Shown piece after piece: positions 1 to 8,823 of a stretch of 62,365 nucleotides of DNA. Every line of letters begins with the position of its first letter. Positions within the stretch are counted from its first letter, which is position 1. Location: assembly GCA_044352305.1 (NCBI GenBank), contig JBILED010000001.1:1-62365 (forward strand), read 5' to 3'. Source of the DNA: Gemmatimonas sp. (lineage in GTDB: Bacteria; Gemmatimonadota; Gemmatimonadetes; Gemmatimonadales; Gemmatimonadaceae). The translations under genes and the position numbers were made by a program. The notes under the pieces are model-generated. The model was not told the DNA's origin. It did no database searches and saw only the letters and a program-made list of their open reading frames with translations.

Positions 1-585
1 GCGTACTCGCAGGTGGCCACGGCGGTGGCGCCCGGCTTCGACGTGAACGGCGCGCCGATGACGCGGCTGCTGGAGTTCCTCAAGGCGCGCGGCACGGTGG
101 TGGACGGGACCTTCAACCTGTGGATTGGCGGCGGGGGCGCGCTGGTGGGGGCGGGGGGGTCCCCCGACCAGCTGCGCGCCGACTCCGCGTACCTGCAGCT
201 CATCCGGCGGTTGCACGCCATGGAGATCCCGCTGGTGGCCGGCACCGACAACGCCGCCAGCACCACCTACCGGCGCGAGCTGGAGATGTACGAGCTGGCG
301 GGGATCCCGCGCGCGAAGATCCTGCAGATCGCCACGCTGGACGCGGCGCGCATCATGGGGGAGGCGCGCGACTATGGCTCGCTGGCGGTGGGGAAGGTGG
401 CGGACCTGCTGGTGGTGAACGGGAACCCCCTGGAGCGGATGGCCGAGCTGGAAAAGCTGGAGACGGTGGTGCGCGGCGGGCGGGTGTACGACGTGGCGCG
501 GCTGCGGCAGGCGTTTGGCGGCGGAGGGAGCGGGTGGGCGGCGGAGGGGGAGGACCCGCACGCGTGGCACCCGCACCGGTGGTGA
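1..585 (+). CDS. amidohydrolase family protein, C-terminal part (truncated by window start)
   Basis: AGTD motif and 'ATLDAARIMG...YGSLAVGKVADLLVVNGNPL' C-terminal amidohydrolase signature. Confidence 0.85.
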   Translation, partial: AYSQVATAVAPGFDVNGAPMTRLLEFLKARGTVVDGTFNLWIGGGGALVGAGGSPDQLRADSAYLQLIRRLHAMEIPLVAGTDNAASTTYRRELEMYELAGIPRAKILQIATLDAARIMGEARDYGSLAVGKVADLLVVNGNPLERMAELEKLETVVRGGRVYDVARLRQAFGGGGSGWAAEGEDPHAWHPHRW

Positions 586-713
586 CCCCGCCCGGGTCCG
601 CCCGGTCCGCATTGGCGGGGCCAAGCCGCCCCTGGAGGCGTACGTTCTGACGCTGGTGGCGTGCGGCGCGCCACCCTGTTGCCACCCTCTCTCCCCTGTC
701 CTGTGGAGCCCTG

Positions 714-818
714 ATGTCCCCTCGTCCGCTCCAGCTGGGCGCGCTTGGCGCGCTCCTCCTCTGCGGCGCCGCCGATCTGGCGGCCCAAGCGGTGACGGCG
801 ATGAGGGTCCGTCCATGA
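714..818 (+). other. 34-aa signal-peptide-like small ORF (MSPRPLQLGALGALLLCGAADLAAQAVTAMRVRP)
   Basis: GGAG about 9 nt upstream; hydrophobic core and LAA|Q cleavage-like site; its TGA overlaps the next ATG (ATGA at 815-818). Confidence 0.35.
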
Positions 819-1687
819 CCGCCGCCGTGGCCACCCCCGTCACCACCCCCGTCACCCTGCACGCCGCGGACGGCTACCCGCTGCACGCCACGCACTACGC
901 GCCGCAGGGGGATCCCGCGGGGCGGCTGTTCGTGGCGGGGGCCACCGGCGTCCCGCAGCGCTACTACGCCCGCTTTGCGCAGTTTGCCGCCGCGCAGGGG
1001 ATCGCCGTGTGGACCATGGACTATCGCGGGGTGGGACGATCGCGCCCCGCCACGCTGCGCGGCTTCCGGATGGACTACCTGGACTGGGCGCGGCTGGACC
1101 TGGCGGCGCTGCTGGCGCACGTGGAGGCGCAGGGGGACGGGCCGATCTGGATGGTGGGGCACTCGTTCGGCGGCCATGCCTTCGGGCTGCTGCCGGGGCA
1201 CGAACGGGTGCGGCGCGTGGCCACCTTCGCCACCGGCGCGGGGTGGCACGGCTGGATGCCGCCGCTGGAGCGGCTGCGCGTGCACTTCCTGTGGCGCGTG
1301 GTGGGGCCGCTGCTGGTGGGCACCACGGGGTACCTGTCGTGGAGCCGCCTGGGGATGGGGGAGGACCTGCCGCGCGACCTGTTCCTGCAGTGGCGCCGGT
1401 GGTGCCAGTGGCCGCGCTACTTCTTCGACGACCCCGACCTGCCGGGGCTGGCCGAGCAGTTTGCCGCGGTGCGCACGCCCATCCGCGCGGTGAACGCCAT
1501 GGATGACCGGTGGGCGCCGCCGGCTTCGCGCGACGCCTTCATGGCCGCGTACCGCAACGCCGCGGTGGACGCCGTCACGCTGGAGCCGCGCGCGCTGGGA
1601 GTGGCGTCGGTGGGGCACTTGGGGTATTTCCGGCCGCCGCTCGCGTCGCTGTGGCAGGACACGCTGGACTGGTTGCGCGCGGGGTGA
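815..1687 (+). CDS. alpha/beta fold hydrolase (COG4757-like)
   Basis: GATGV..YY, DYRG, GHSFGG nucleophile elbow, DD..AP, GHLGYFR; start set at MTAAVAT. Confidence 0.88.
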   Translation: MTAAVATPVTTPVTLHAADGYPLHATHYAPQGDPAGRLFVAGATGVPQRYYARFAQFAAAQGIAVWTMDYRGVGRSRPATLRGFRMDYLDWARLDLAALLAHVEAQGDGPIWMVGHSFGGHAFGLLPGHERVRRVATFATGAGWHGWMPPLERLRVHFLWRVVGPLLVGTTGYLSWSRLGMGEDLPRDLFLQWRRWCQWPRYFFDDPDLPGLAEQFAAVRTPIRAVNAMDDRWAPPASRDAFMAAYRNAAVDAVTLEPRALGVASVGHLGYFRPPLASLWQDTLDWLRAG

Positions 1688-1731
1688 CGGGGCGGTGCTG
1701 TGACCGCCACCTGTCGGACCGCTTGCAGCGC

Positions 1732-1760
1732 TGCCATATATGGCATATGGTTACCATATG
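1732..1760. promoter_or_regulatory. two overlapping palindromes, probable toxin-antitoxin operator
   Basis: TGCCATATATGGCA (1732-1745) and CATATGGT-T-ACCATATG (1744-1760), the latter ending on the antitoxin ATG. Confidence 0.7.
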
Positions 1761-2000
1761 ACAGATTCCATCAAGACCACAGTCTACTTGGACGCCGAGG
1801 ACTATCGTCGGCTCAAGCGACTGGCCGAAGCGGAGGGGCGCCCGGCGGCGGAGTTGGTGCGGGAGGCGGTCGCGGTGTACGCGCGCGGCCGTTCGGCGCC
1901 GCCGCGGCCGTCCAGCCTGGGGCTCGGGCGGAGCGGGGCGGGTGATGTGGCCGAGCGTGCGGAGGAGCTGCTGGACGGCTTTGGAGACGCCACGCCGTGA
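1758..2000 (+). CDS. vapB: CopG/ribbon-helix-helix antitoxin
   Basis: KTTVYLD...RLKRLA...AAELVREAV RHH pattern; GTGA overlap with PIN toxin. Confidence 0.85.
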   Translation: MTDSIKTTVYLDAEDYRRLKRLAEAEGRPAAELVREAVAVYARGRSAPPRPSSLGLGRSGAGDVAERAEELLDGFGDATP

Positions 2001-2413
2001 TCGTGGCGGACACCGGGGCCATCATCGCGCTGGTGGATGCGGATGACCGGCACCATGCGCGCCTGCGCGCGCTGTACGAGCGCGACCCTGCCGCGTGGGT
2101 CCTTCCGTGGGCCATCCTGCCGGAGGTGGACTCCCTGCTGACGCGCCGCGTCGGGGAGTTGGCCGCGCAGGCGTTTCGCGCCGACGTGGCTGCGGGGGCC
2201 TTCGCGGTGGAGTGGGGGTCGGCGCCCGACCTGCAACGCGCGGCGGCGCTGTGCCGCCGGTACGACGGGCTCGCCCTTGGCCTGGTGGATGCCGTCGTGG
2301 CGGCCACGGCGGAGCGGCTCAAGGCCGACGCCATCGCCACGCTGGACCTGCGCGATTTCGCGCCCCTCGAGCTGGCCGGCCGGCCGCGGCTGTATCCGCG
2401 GGACTTGGAGTAG
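1997..2413 (+). CDS. vapC: PIN-domain toxin
   Basis: IVADTG, E, LVDA, TLD acidic PIN motif residues. Confidence 0.9.
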   Translation: MIVADTGAIIALVDADDRHHARLRALYERDPAAWVLPWAILPEVDSLLTRRVGELAAQAFRADVAAGAFAVEWGSAPDLQRAAALCRRYDGLALGLVDAVVAATAERLKADAIATLDLRDFAPLELAGRPRLYPRDLE

Positions 2414-2434
2414 GCGCGGTCATTCGCCCCGCCG

Positions 2435-3826
2435 TCATCGCCGCACGCCATTCGCGGTCATGCGCCACTTGGTCCAGACAACCACGGCACCGCACCCCGA
2501 CGCCCCGTTGGGGGAGAACTCGGGCGGCGTCTGCATGGCGCGGGTGTACACCTCCACCGCCCGGAGGTCCGCCGGTGGGACCGCCAGGTCCAGGGAGACC
2601 TCGGGCGGCAGCGGCATACCGTCCACGAAAATGGTGGGTGCGCACTCGCTCCCCAGCATGGCCGCGCGCATGAACAGCCGGTCGCCCTGAGGCCCGCCGA
2701 TGGCCACCCGCACGCCGGGCACCTGCCAGAACAGGTCGGAGGTCCGGGACACGCCAAGCTGCCCCAACTGTTCGCCGTCAAAGAAGCGCCCGAACCCCTG
2801 GCGCCGCCGGCGTTCGAAGTCCACCATGTCCGGCCCAAGGCGCTGCGCCCGCCGGGCGCGCACCTGCACCGTGTCCAGCATGGCCAGGCGTTCCAGCCGG
2901 ACCGACACCGCCTCGCCGTCGCCCGGGCGCACCGCCACCGTCGCCCGGTACGGCTGAAATCCGATGGCGCGCACATCGAGCGTGTAACTGCCCAGCGGCA
3001 GCCCCGTGAGGTCGTAGCGCCCGTCGTCGCCGGTGCGCACCTCGCGTCCCGACCCCCACACCGACACGCGCGCACCGTCGAGCGGCTGCCCCGACGGCTG
3101 CTGCACGCGTCCGGCCACGCGCCCGGCGCCCTGCGCCGGCCCCACGGCCAGGTCCAGCACCGCGATCCCGCCCTCGGGCATCGCGAACTCCAGCACGCCG
3201 GTGGAGTCCGCGCCGCGCCACGCGCGGACCTGCAGGGGCACATCCGGCGGCACGCCGCACGCCAGGTAGCGCCCCTCGCCATCGACGGTGGCCTCCACGT
3301 TCGCCAGGCTCCGCCGCACGCCGTCCGCGCCGATTTCGAGCTCGGCCCAGGTGAACCGCACCGCGCCGCCCGCATCGGCGCTGCCGGAGAGTACCCCGCG
3401 CACCGCGCCGCGCACGTACCCCGTGGAATCCTCCGCCTCGGCACGGGAACACACGCGCGCCACCATCGTGCGCAGCGCCGGCACCGCCAGCTCCACGCGC
3501 GTCGTGCCCCGGCCGCGCACGTCCACCCCGCGCGAGAGCTGCTCGACGCCCAGCGTGTCCAGGCGCGGATGCAGCGCCGCCACCACCCAGGTGCCGCTCG
3601 GCAGCGCGTCCACCTGGAACCGACCGCGGGCATCCGTGCGCGTCGATCGGGTGCCCGTGCGGTCCGCGCGCAGCAGCTGCACCTGGGCGTCGGCCAGCGG
3701 CTGCATCAGCGTGCTGTCGAACACCACGCCCGCGAGGCGGCCGGCCGCCACCGGTTGCGCGGCGGCCGGCGTTGGCAGCGCGCCGAGGAGCGGCAGCATG
3801 CGCAGGGCCACCGGGGGGAGACGCAT
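2435..3826 (-). CDS. secreted protein with carboxypeptidase-regulatory-like domains and a C-terminal TonB-plug-like domain, no beta-barrel
   Basis: signal peptide, AAGGAGG RBS; repeated 'G.V.D....PL..A.V / TD..GRF' modules; C-terminal 'VPGV...FVDG...AVEVY...CGAVVVWT'. Confidence 0.75.
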   Translation of the reverse strand: MRLPPVALRMLPLLGALPTPAAAQPVAAGRLAGVVFDSTLMQPLADAQVQLLRADRTGTRSTRTDARGRFQVDALPSGTWVVAALHPRLDTLGVEQLSRGVDVRGRGTTRVELAVPALRTMVARVCSRAEAEDSTGYVRGAVRGVLSGSADAGGAVRFTWAELEIGADGVRRSLANVEATVDGEGRYLACGVPPDVPLQVRAWRGADSTGVLEFAMPEGGIAVLDLAVGPAQGAGRVAGRVQQPSGQPLDGARVSVWGSGREVRTGDDGRYDLTGLPLGSYTLDVRAIGFQPYRATVAVRPGDGEAVSVRLERLAMLDTVQVRARRAQRLGPDMVDFERRRRQGFGRFFDGEQLGQLGVSRTSDLFWQVPGVRVAIGGPQGDRLFMRAAMLGSECAPTIFVDGMPLPPEVSLDLAVPPADLRAVEVYTRAMQTPPEFSPNGASGCGAVVVWTKWRMTANGVRR

Positions 3827-4044
3827 GGTCGCCTCCTTGGTTGAGGGTCCGGTCAACAAACTGCGGACGGGGCGGATGGGGCGGAAGCAGGGAAAGCGCT
3901 CCCGGTTGGAAGGCCGCATGGTGCAGGGCAACGCGTCCCGGCATTGCCAACGGCACGCGCCGCCCCGGCCGGTACATTCATGCCGACCCGCGAACGTGCC
4001 CGCAGCCCCCCCGGTTTTGTCCCTCCGCCCCGGAGATCGCGCCC

Positions 4045-7000
4045 ATGCCCGTTGCTCCCTCCCTGACGCTGGCCGTTGGCGGCGCGCTGGTGGCCGCCGT
4101 CGTGGCGGCCTCCAGCGGCCCCACGGTGCCCCCCCGCATGCCAACCTCGCAGCAGCCTGCCGCGCAACCGCCCGCGCTGCGCATCCGCGCCGGCACGCTG
4201 CTGGACGGGCGCGGCGGCGTGCAACGCGACGTGGTGGTGACCGTGCGCGGGCAGCGCATCGTGGCGGTGGCCCCCTACCGCGCCGGCATGGCGGTGGCGT
4301 GGGACCTGTCGGGGCACACGCTGCTGCCCGGGCTCATCGACACGCACGTGCACATCGACGGGCACTTCGGCCCCACGGGGCGCGCCGACACGCGTGGCGA
4401 GACGCCGGAGCAGCGGTTGCGCGCCGCCGAGGAGAATGCGCAGCGCACCCTGCGCGCGGGGTTCACCACGGTGCAGAGCCTGGGGGCGCCCCTCGACCTG
4501 ACGCTCCGCGAGGAGATCCGCGCGGGGCGCGCCGAGGGGCCGCGGCTGCTCACCAGCGTGGCCCAGCTCACCGATGCGACGCTGTCGCCGGATTCGCTCC
4601 GCGGCTGGGTGCGCGCCACCGTGCGGCGCGGCGCCGACGTGGTGAAGCTGTTCGCGTCGAAGAGCATCCGCGACGGGGGCGGGCAGACGATGTCGGCGGC
4701 GCAGATCTCGGCCGTGTGCGACGAGGCGCGCAAGCAGGGGCGGCGCAGCTGGGTGCACGCGCACGCGGCCAGCGCGGTGCGCGACGCGGCGCTGGCGGGG
4801 TGCACGGCGGTGACCCACGGCACGCAGGTGACGGCGGCGGAGCTGGCGCTGATGGCCGAGCGCGGGACGTACTTCGAGCCCAACATCGGGCTGGTGATCC
4901 AGAACTACCTGGAGCAGCGCGCGCGCTTCCTGGGGATCGGCAACTACACCGAGGAGGGGTTCCGCTTCATGGAGGCGGTGATCCCGGCCAACCAGGCGCT
5001 GTACCAGGCCGCGATCGCCACCCCCGGGCTCAAGGTGGTGATGGGGACCGACGCCGTGGCGGGGGCGCACGGGCAGAACGCGCGCGAGCTCCTCGCGCGT
5101 ATTCGTGACGGCGGGCAGGCGCCGATGGACGCCATCGTGGGGGCCACGTCGCTGGCCGCCGCGTCGCTGGGGCTGGCTGACAGCGTGGGGACCGTGGCCA
5201 CCGGCATGCTGGCCGACCTGGTCGCGGTGGAGGGGGACCCGCTGGCCGACCCCTCGGCGCTGCAGCGCGTGCGGTTCGTGATGCAGGGGGGCGCACCGGT
5301 GGTGGCGCCGCCGCGCGCGGACCGCTCCCGCGGCACACCCGTGGGGTGGGCGCACTACGGGGGCGACGCCGGCGGGATGAAGCACAGCCCGCTGCGCGAC
5401 ATCAACCGTGCCACGGTGCCGTTCCTGCGCGTGGCGTACACGTGGGAGGCGAAGGAGGCGCCCATTCCCGCCGGTCCCGGGCAGCGCCCCGCGCGCGCGG
5501 GGCACTTCCAGGCCACGCCGCTGGCGTTCGGCGACACGCTGCTCTTCCCCACGTCGTACAACCGCGTGGTGGCGCTGGACGGGCGCACCGGGCGCGAGCT
5601 GTGGGCGTTTGACCCCAAGCCGTGGCAGGGGCTGGGGCAGCCCAGCAACGGCACCGGCTTCGTGCACCGCGGCGTGGCCACGTGGACCGACGGCCGCTCG
5701 CGGCGCGTGTTCATCAACTCGCGGTGGCGCCTGATCGCGCTGGACGCGGCCACGGGGCGTCCCATCCCCGGCTTTGGCACCAACGGCGAGATCGACCTCA
5801 CCGCCGGGCTGTCGCGCCCGGTGCGCAAGGAGCACTACACCAACACCTCGCCGCCGGTGGTGTGGGGAAACCTGGTGATCCTGGGGAATGGCGTGGGGGA
5901 CCGCCTGGTGTACCGCGGCGACCCGCCCGGCGACGTGCAGGCGTTTGACGTGCGCACCGGGCGTCGCGTGTGGCGTTTTGCCACCATCCCCGAGCCGGGG
6001 CAGGTGGGCGCCGAGACCTGGGGCGATTCGTCGGCGCGCACCACGGGACACACCAACGTGTGGGCGCCCTTCACCGTGGACAGCGCGCGCGGGCTGGTGT
6101 ACCTGCCGGTGGGGACCCCCAGCAACGACTGGTACGGCGGTACGCGCCCCGGCGACAACCTGTTCGGCGAGTCGCTGGTGTGCCTGGACGCGCGCACCGG
6201 CACGCGCGTGTGGCACTTCCAGGTGGCGCGCCACGGGTTGTGGGACTACGACCTGCCGGCGCCCCCCAACCTCATGACGGTGACGCAGGGCGGACGGCGC
6301 ACCGACATCGTGGTGGCGCCCACCAAGCAGGGGTTCCTCTTCGCCTTCGAGCGCACCACGGGGCGCCCGTTGTGGCCCATCGAGGAGCGCCCCGTGCCGG
6401 CCAGCGACGTGCCCGGCGAGCGCGCGGCCGCCACGCAGCCCTTCCCCACGCGGCCCGCGCCCTTTTCCACGCAGGGGTTCACCGCCACCGACGTGCTGGC
6501 GTTCACGCCGGCGCTGCGGCAGGCGGCGCTGCAGGAAATCGCGCCGTACCGCCTGGGGCCGCTGTACACGCCGCCGTCGCTGCAGGGGACGGTGGCCATG
6601 CCCGGCGTCATCGGCGGCGCCGGGTGGGGGGGCGCGGCGGTGGACCCGGCCACCGGCTGGCTGTTCGTGAAGGCCACCAACTCGCCGGCGCTGTTCCGCT
6701 TGCAGAAGCGCGACGCCGCCAGCGACACGGTGGACGCGCCGTACATGGTGGACCTCCCCAACTCCACGCTGGGGGTGTCGCAGCGCGACAACGCCGAGGG
6801 GGCGGTGCGTGAGGCCGGGCGGCTCCCCATCAACGCGCCGCCGTACGGCACGCTCACGGCCGTGGACATGACCACCGGCACCATCCGGTGGCAGGTGCCG
6901 CTGGGGGACACCCCCGAGGTGCGGGGGCACCCGGCGCTGAAGGGGGTGGTGCTCCCCGAGCGGCTGGGGGTGGCGGGGTCCCCGGGGGCGCTGGTGACGG

Positions 7001-7206
7001 CCGGGGGACTGGTGTTCGCGGCCGGGGGCGGGCGCACGCTGTACGCCATCGACACCCGCACCGGCACGGTGCTGTGGGAGCACCCGCTGGAGGGGATCGG
7101 CTACGCCAATCCCATGACGTGGCGCGGCACCGACGGCGTGCAGCGGGTGGCGCTGGCCACGGGCACGGGGAGCGGCGCGCGGCTGGTGGTGTTTTCGCTC
7201 CCCTGA
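4045..7206 (+). CDS. fusion of an amidohydrolase and a PQQ-dependent glucose/quinate-type dehydrogenase
   Basis: PGLIDTHVH, HAH, HG, MGTD in the N-half; YGGD...K.SPL..IN, FQATPL, VWAP..VD, WDYD, PTKQG, PPYGTL in the C-half; one uninterrupted frame. Confidence 0.85.
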   Translation: MPVAPSLTLAVGGALVAAVVAASSGPTVPPRMPTSQQPAAQPPALRIRAGTLLDGRGGVQRDVVVTVRGQRIVAVAPYRAGMAVAWDLSGHTLLPGLIDTHVHIDGHFGPTGRADTRGETPEQRLRAAEENAQRTLRAGFTTVQSLGAPLDLTLREEIRAGRAEGPRLLTSVAQLTDATLSPDSLRGWVRATVRRGADVVKLFASKSIRDGGGQTMSAAQISAVCDEARKQGRRSWVHAHAASAVRDAALAGCTAVTHGTQVTAAELALMAERGTYFEPNIGLVIQNYLEQRARFLGIGNYTEEGFRFMEAVIPANQALYQAAIATPGLKVVMGTDAVAGAHGQNARELLARIRDGGQAPMDAIVGATSLAAASLGLADSVGTVATGMLADLVAVEGDPLADPSALQRVRFVMQGGAPVVAPPRADRSRGTPVGWAHYGGDAGGMKHSPLRDINRATVPFLRVAYTWEAKEAPIPAGPGQRPARAGHFQATPLAFGDTLLFPTSYNRVVALDGRTGRELWAFDPKPWQGLGQPSNGTGFVHRGVATWTDGRSRRVFINSRWRLIALDAATGRPIPGFGTNGEIDLTAGLSRPVRKEHYTNTSPPVVWGNLVILGNGVGDRLVYRGDPPGDVQAFDVRTGRRVWRFATIPEPGQVGAETWGDSSARTTGHTNVWAPFTVDSARGLVYLPVGTPSNDWYGGTRPGDNLFGESLVCLDARTGTRVWHFQVARHGLWDYDLPAPPNLMTVTQGGRRTDIVVAPTKQGFLFAFERTTGRPLWPIEERPVPASDVPGERAAATQPFPTRPAPFSTQGFTATDVLAFTPALRQAALQEIAPYRLGPLYTPPSLQGTVAMPGVIGGAGWGGAAVDPATGWLFVKATNSPALFRLQKRDAASDTVDAPYMVDLPNSTLGVSQRDNAEGAVREAGRLPINAPPYGTLTAVDMTTGTIRWQVPLGDTPEVRGHPALKGVVLPERLGVAGSPGALVTAGGLVFAAGGGRTLYAIDTRTGTVLWEHPLEGIGYANPMTWRGTDGVQRVALATGTGSGARLVVFSLP

Positions 7207-7270
7207 CGCATACTTCCCCCGTCCCGCGCGCCGGAGGGCGCGCGCCTGCCGCGTCCCTTGCCTCCGTCCC

Positions 7271-8701
7271 ATGCGTCCCATCCGTTCCGTTGCCGTCCTG
7301 CTGACCGCCTGGGCCGCCGCCGCTGCGGCCGCCTGCACGCCGCGCGCCGATGATGCGGCCGCCGATGCCGCCGCCCCCGTGGCGGTGGCCGACAGCACGC
7401 CGCCGGTGCCGCTGGCCGCGCACCCCGCCTGGGCGCGCGACGCGGCGATCTACGAGGTGAACATCCGCCAGTTCACCCCCGAGGGCACCTTCACCGCGCT
7501 GCTGCCGCACCTGGCGCGGCTGGATTCGCTGGGGGTGGACATCCTCTGGCTCATGCCGGTGCAGCCCATCGGGGTGGAGGGGCGCAAGGGGACGCTGGGG
7601 TCGTACTACTCCATCAAGGACTACCGCGCCACCAACCCGGAGTTCGGCACCCCCGCCGACCTCAAGGCGGTCATCGACTCGGCGCACGCGCTGGGGCTCA
7701 AGGTGATCCTGGACTGGGTGGCCAACCACACGGCGCGCGACCACGCGTGGATTGCCGCGCACCCCGACTGGTACACGCGGCGCGCCGACGGCACGGTGTC
7801 CAACCCGCGCAACGCCGACGGCACCGAGACCGACTGGACCGACGTGGCCGACCTCAACTACGGCAACCCGGCCATGCGCGCGGCGATGATCGCCGACATG
7901 GCGTGGTGGGTGCGCGAGATGGGGGTGGACGGCTTCCGGTGCGACGTGGCGTGGGGGGTGGGGATGGACTTCTGGCGCGCGGCGCGGGCCGCGCTGCTGC
8001 GCGAGCGCGCCGACCTGTTCCTGCTGGCCGAGGCCGAGGGGGCGGAGTACCACGCGGCCTTTGACGCCACGTACGGGTGGGCGCTGCACCACCTGATGAA
8101 CCAGCTGGCCCAGGGGAAGGATTCGTTCCCGTCGCTGGACACGCTGCTGGCCAAGGAGGATCGCACGTATCCGGCCAACGCCATGCGGATGATGTTCACC
8201 AGCAACCACGACGAGAACAGCTGGCAGGGGACCGAGTTCGAGCGGATGGGCGACAACCACCGCGCGCTGTTCGTGCTGGCGGCCACGCTGCGCGGCTCGC
8301 TGCCGCTGGTGTACACGGGGCAGGAGGCGGGGCTGGCCAAGCGGCTGCGCTTCTTCGAGAAGGACACCGTGTCGTGGGGCGACCAGTCGGCGGCGTCCTT
8401 CTACCGCACGCTGCTGGAGCTCAAGGCGGCCACCCCGGCGCTGTGGAACGGCGCCGACGGCGGCACCATGGCGAAGCTGGCGGGGAGCGCGCCGGCCTCG
8501 GCGTACGCCTTCACGCGCACCGAGGGGAGCAGCGTGGCGCTGGTGGCGGTGAACCTGGGGGCGAAGCCGGCCACGGTGCGCTACACCGGGCTGGCGGCGC
8601 CGGGGGCGTACCGTGACGCGTTCACCGGGGGCACGGAGACGCTGGCAGCCACCGGCACGCTCACGCTGCCGCCGCACGGGTACCGGGTGCTGACGCGGTA
8701 G
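7271..8701 (+). CDS. GH13 alpha-amylase family lipoprotein
   Basis: lipobox AAAC; DWVANHT, GFRCDVA, LAEAE, NHDEN conserved regions. Confidence 0.9.
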   Translation: MRPIRSVAVLLTAWAAAAAAACTPRADDAAADAAAPVAVADSTPPVPLAAHPAWARDAAIYEVNIRQFTPEGTFTALLPHLARLDSLGVDILWLMPVQPIGVEGRKGTLGSYYSIKDYRATNPEFGTPADLKAVIDSAHALGLKVILDWVANHTARDHAWIAAHPDWYTRRADGTVSNPRNADGTETDWTDVADLNYGNPAMRAAMIADMAWWVREMGVDGFRCDVAWGVGMDFWRAARAALLRERADLFLLAEAEGAEYHAAFDATYGWALHHLMNQLAQGKDSFPSLDTLLAKEDRTYPANAMRMMFTSNHDENSWQGTEFERMGDNHRALFVLAATLRGSLPLVYTGQEAGLAKRLRFFEKDTVSWGDQSAASFYRTLLELKAATPALWNGADGGTMAKLAGSAPASAYAFTRTEGSSVALVAVNLGAKPATVRYTGLAAPGAYRDAFTGGTETLAATGTLTLPPHGYRVLTR

Positions 8702-8823
8702 CGGAGGGGGGGCGGTCCCGTCTTGTCCACGCGGCGGCGGTCCGTCTCGCCAGGTACCGCCGGCCCAGCGGACCGAGGGGCTGACCCGTAGGTTGGGGCA
8801 CCCCTCACCCTGAGATGCCCCCC

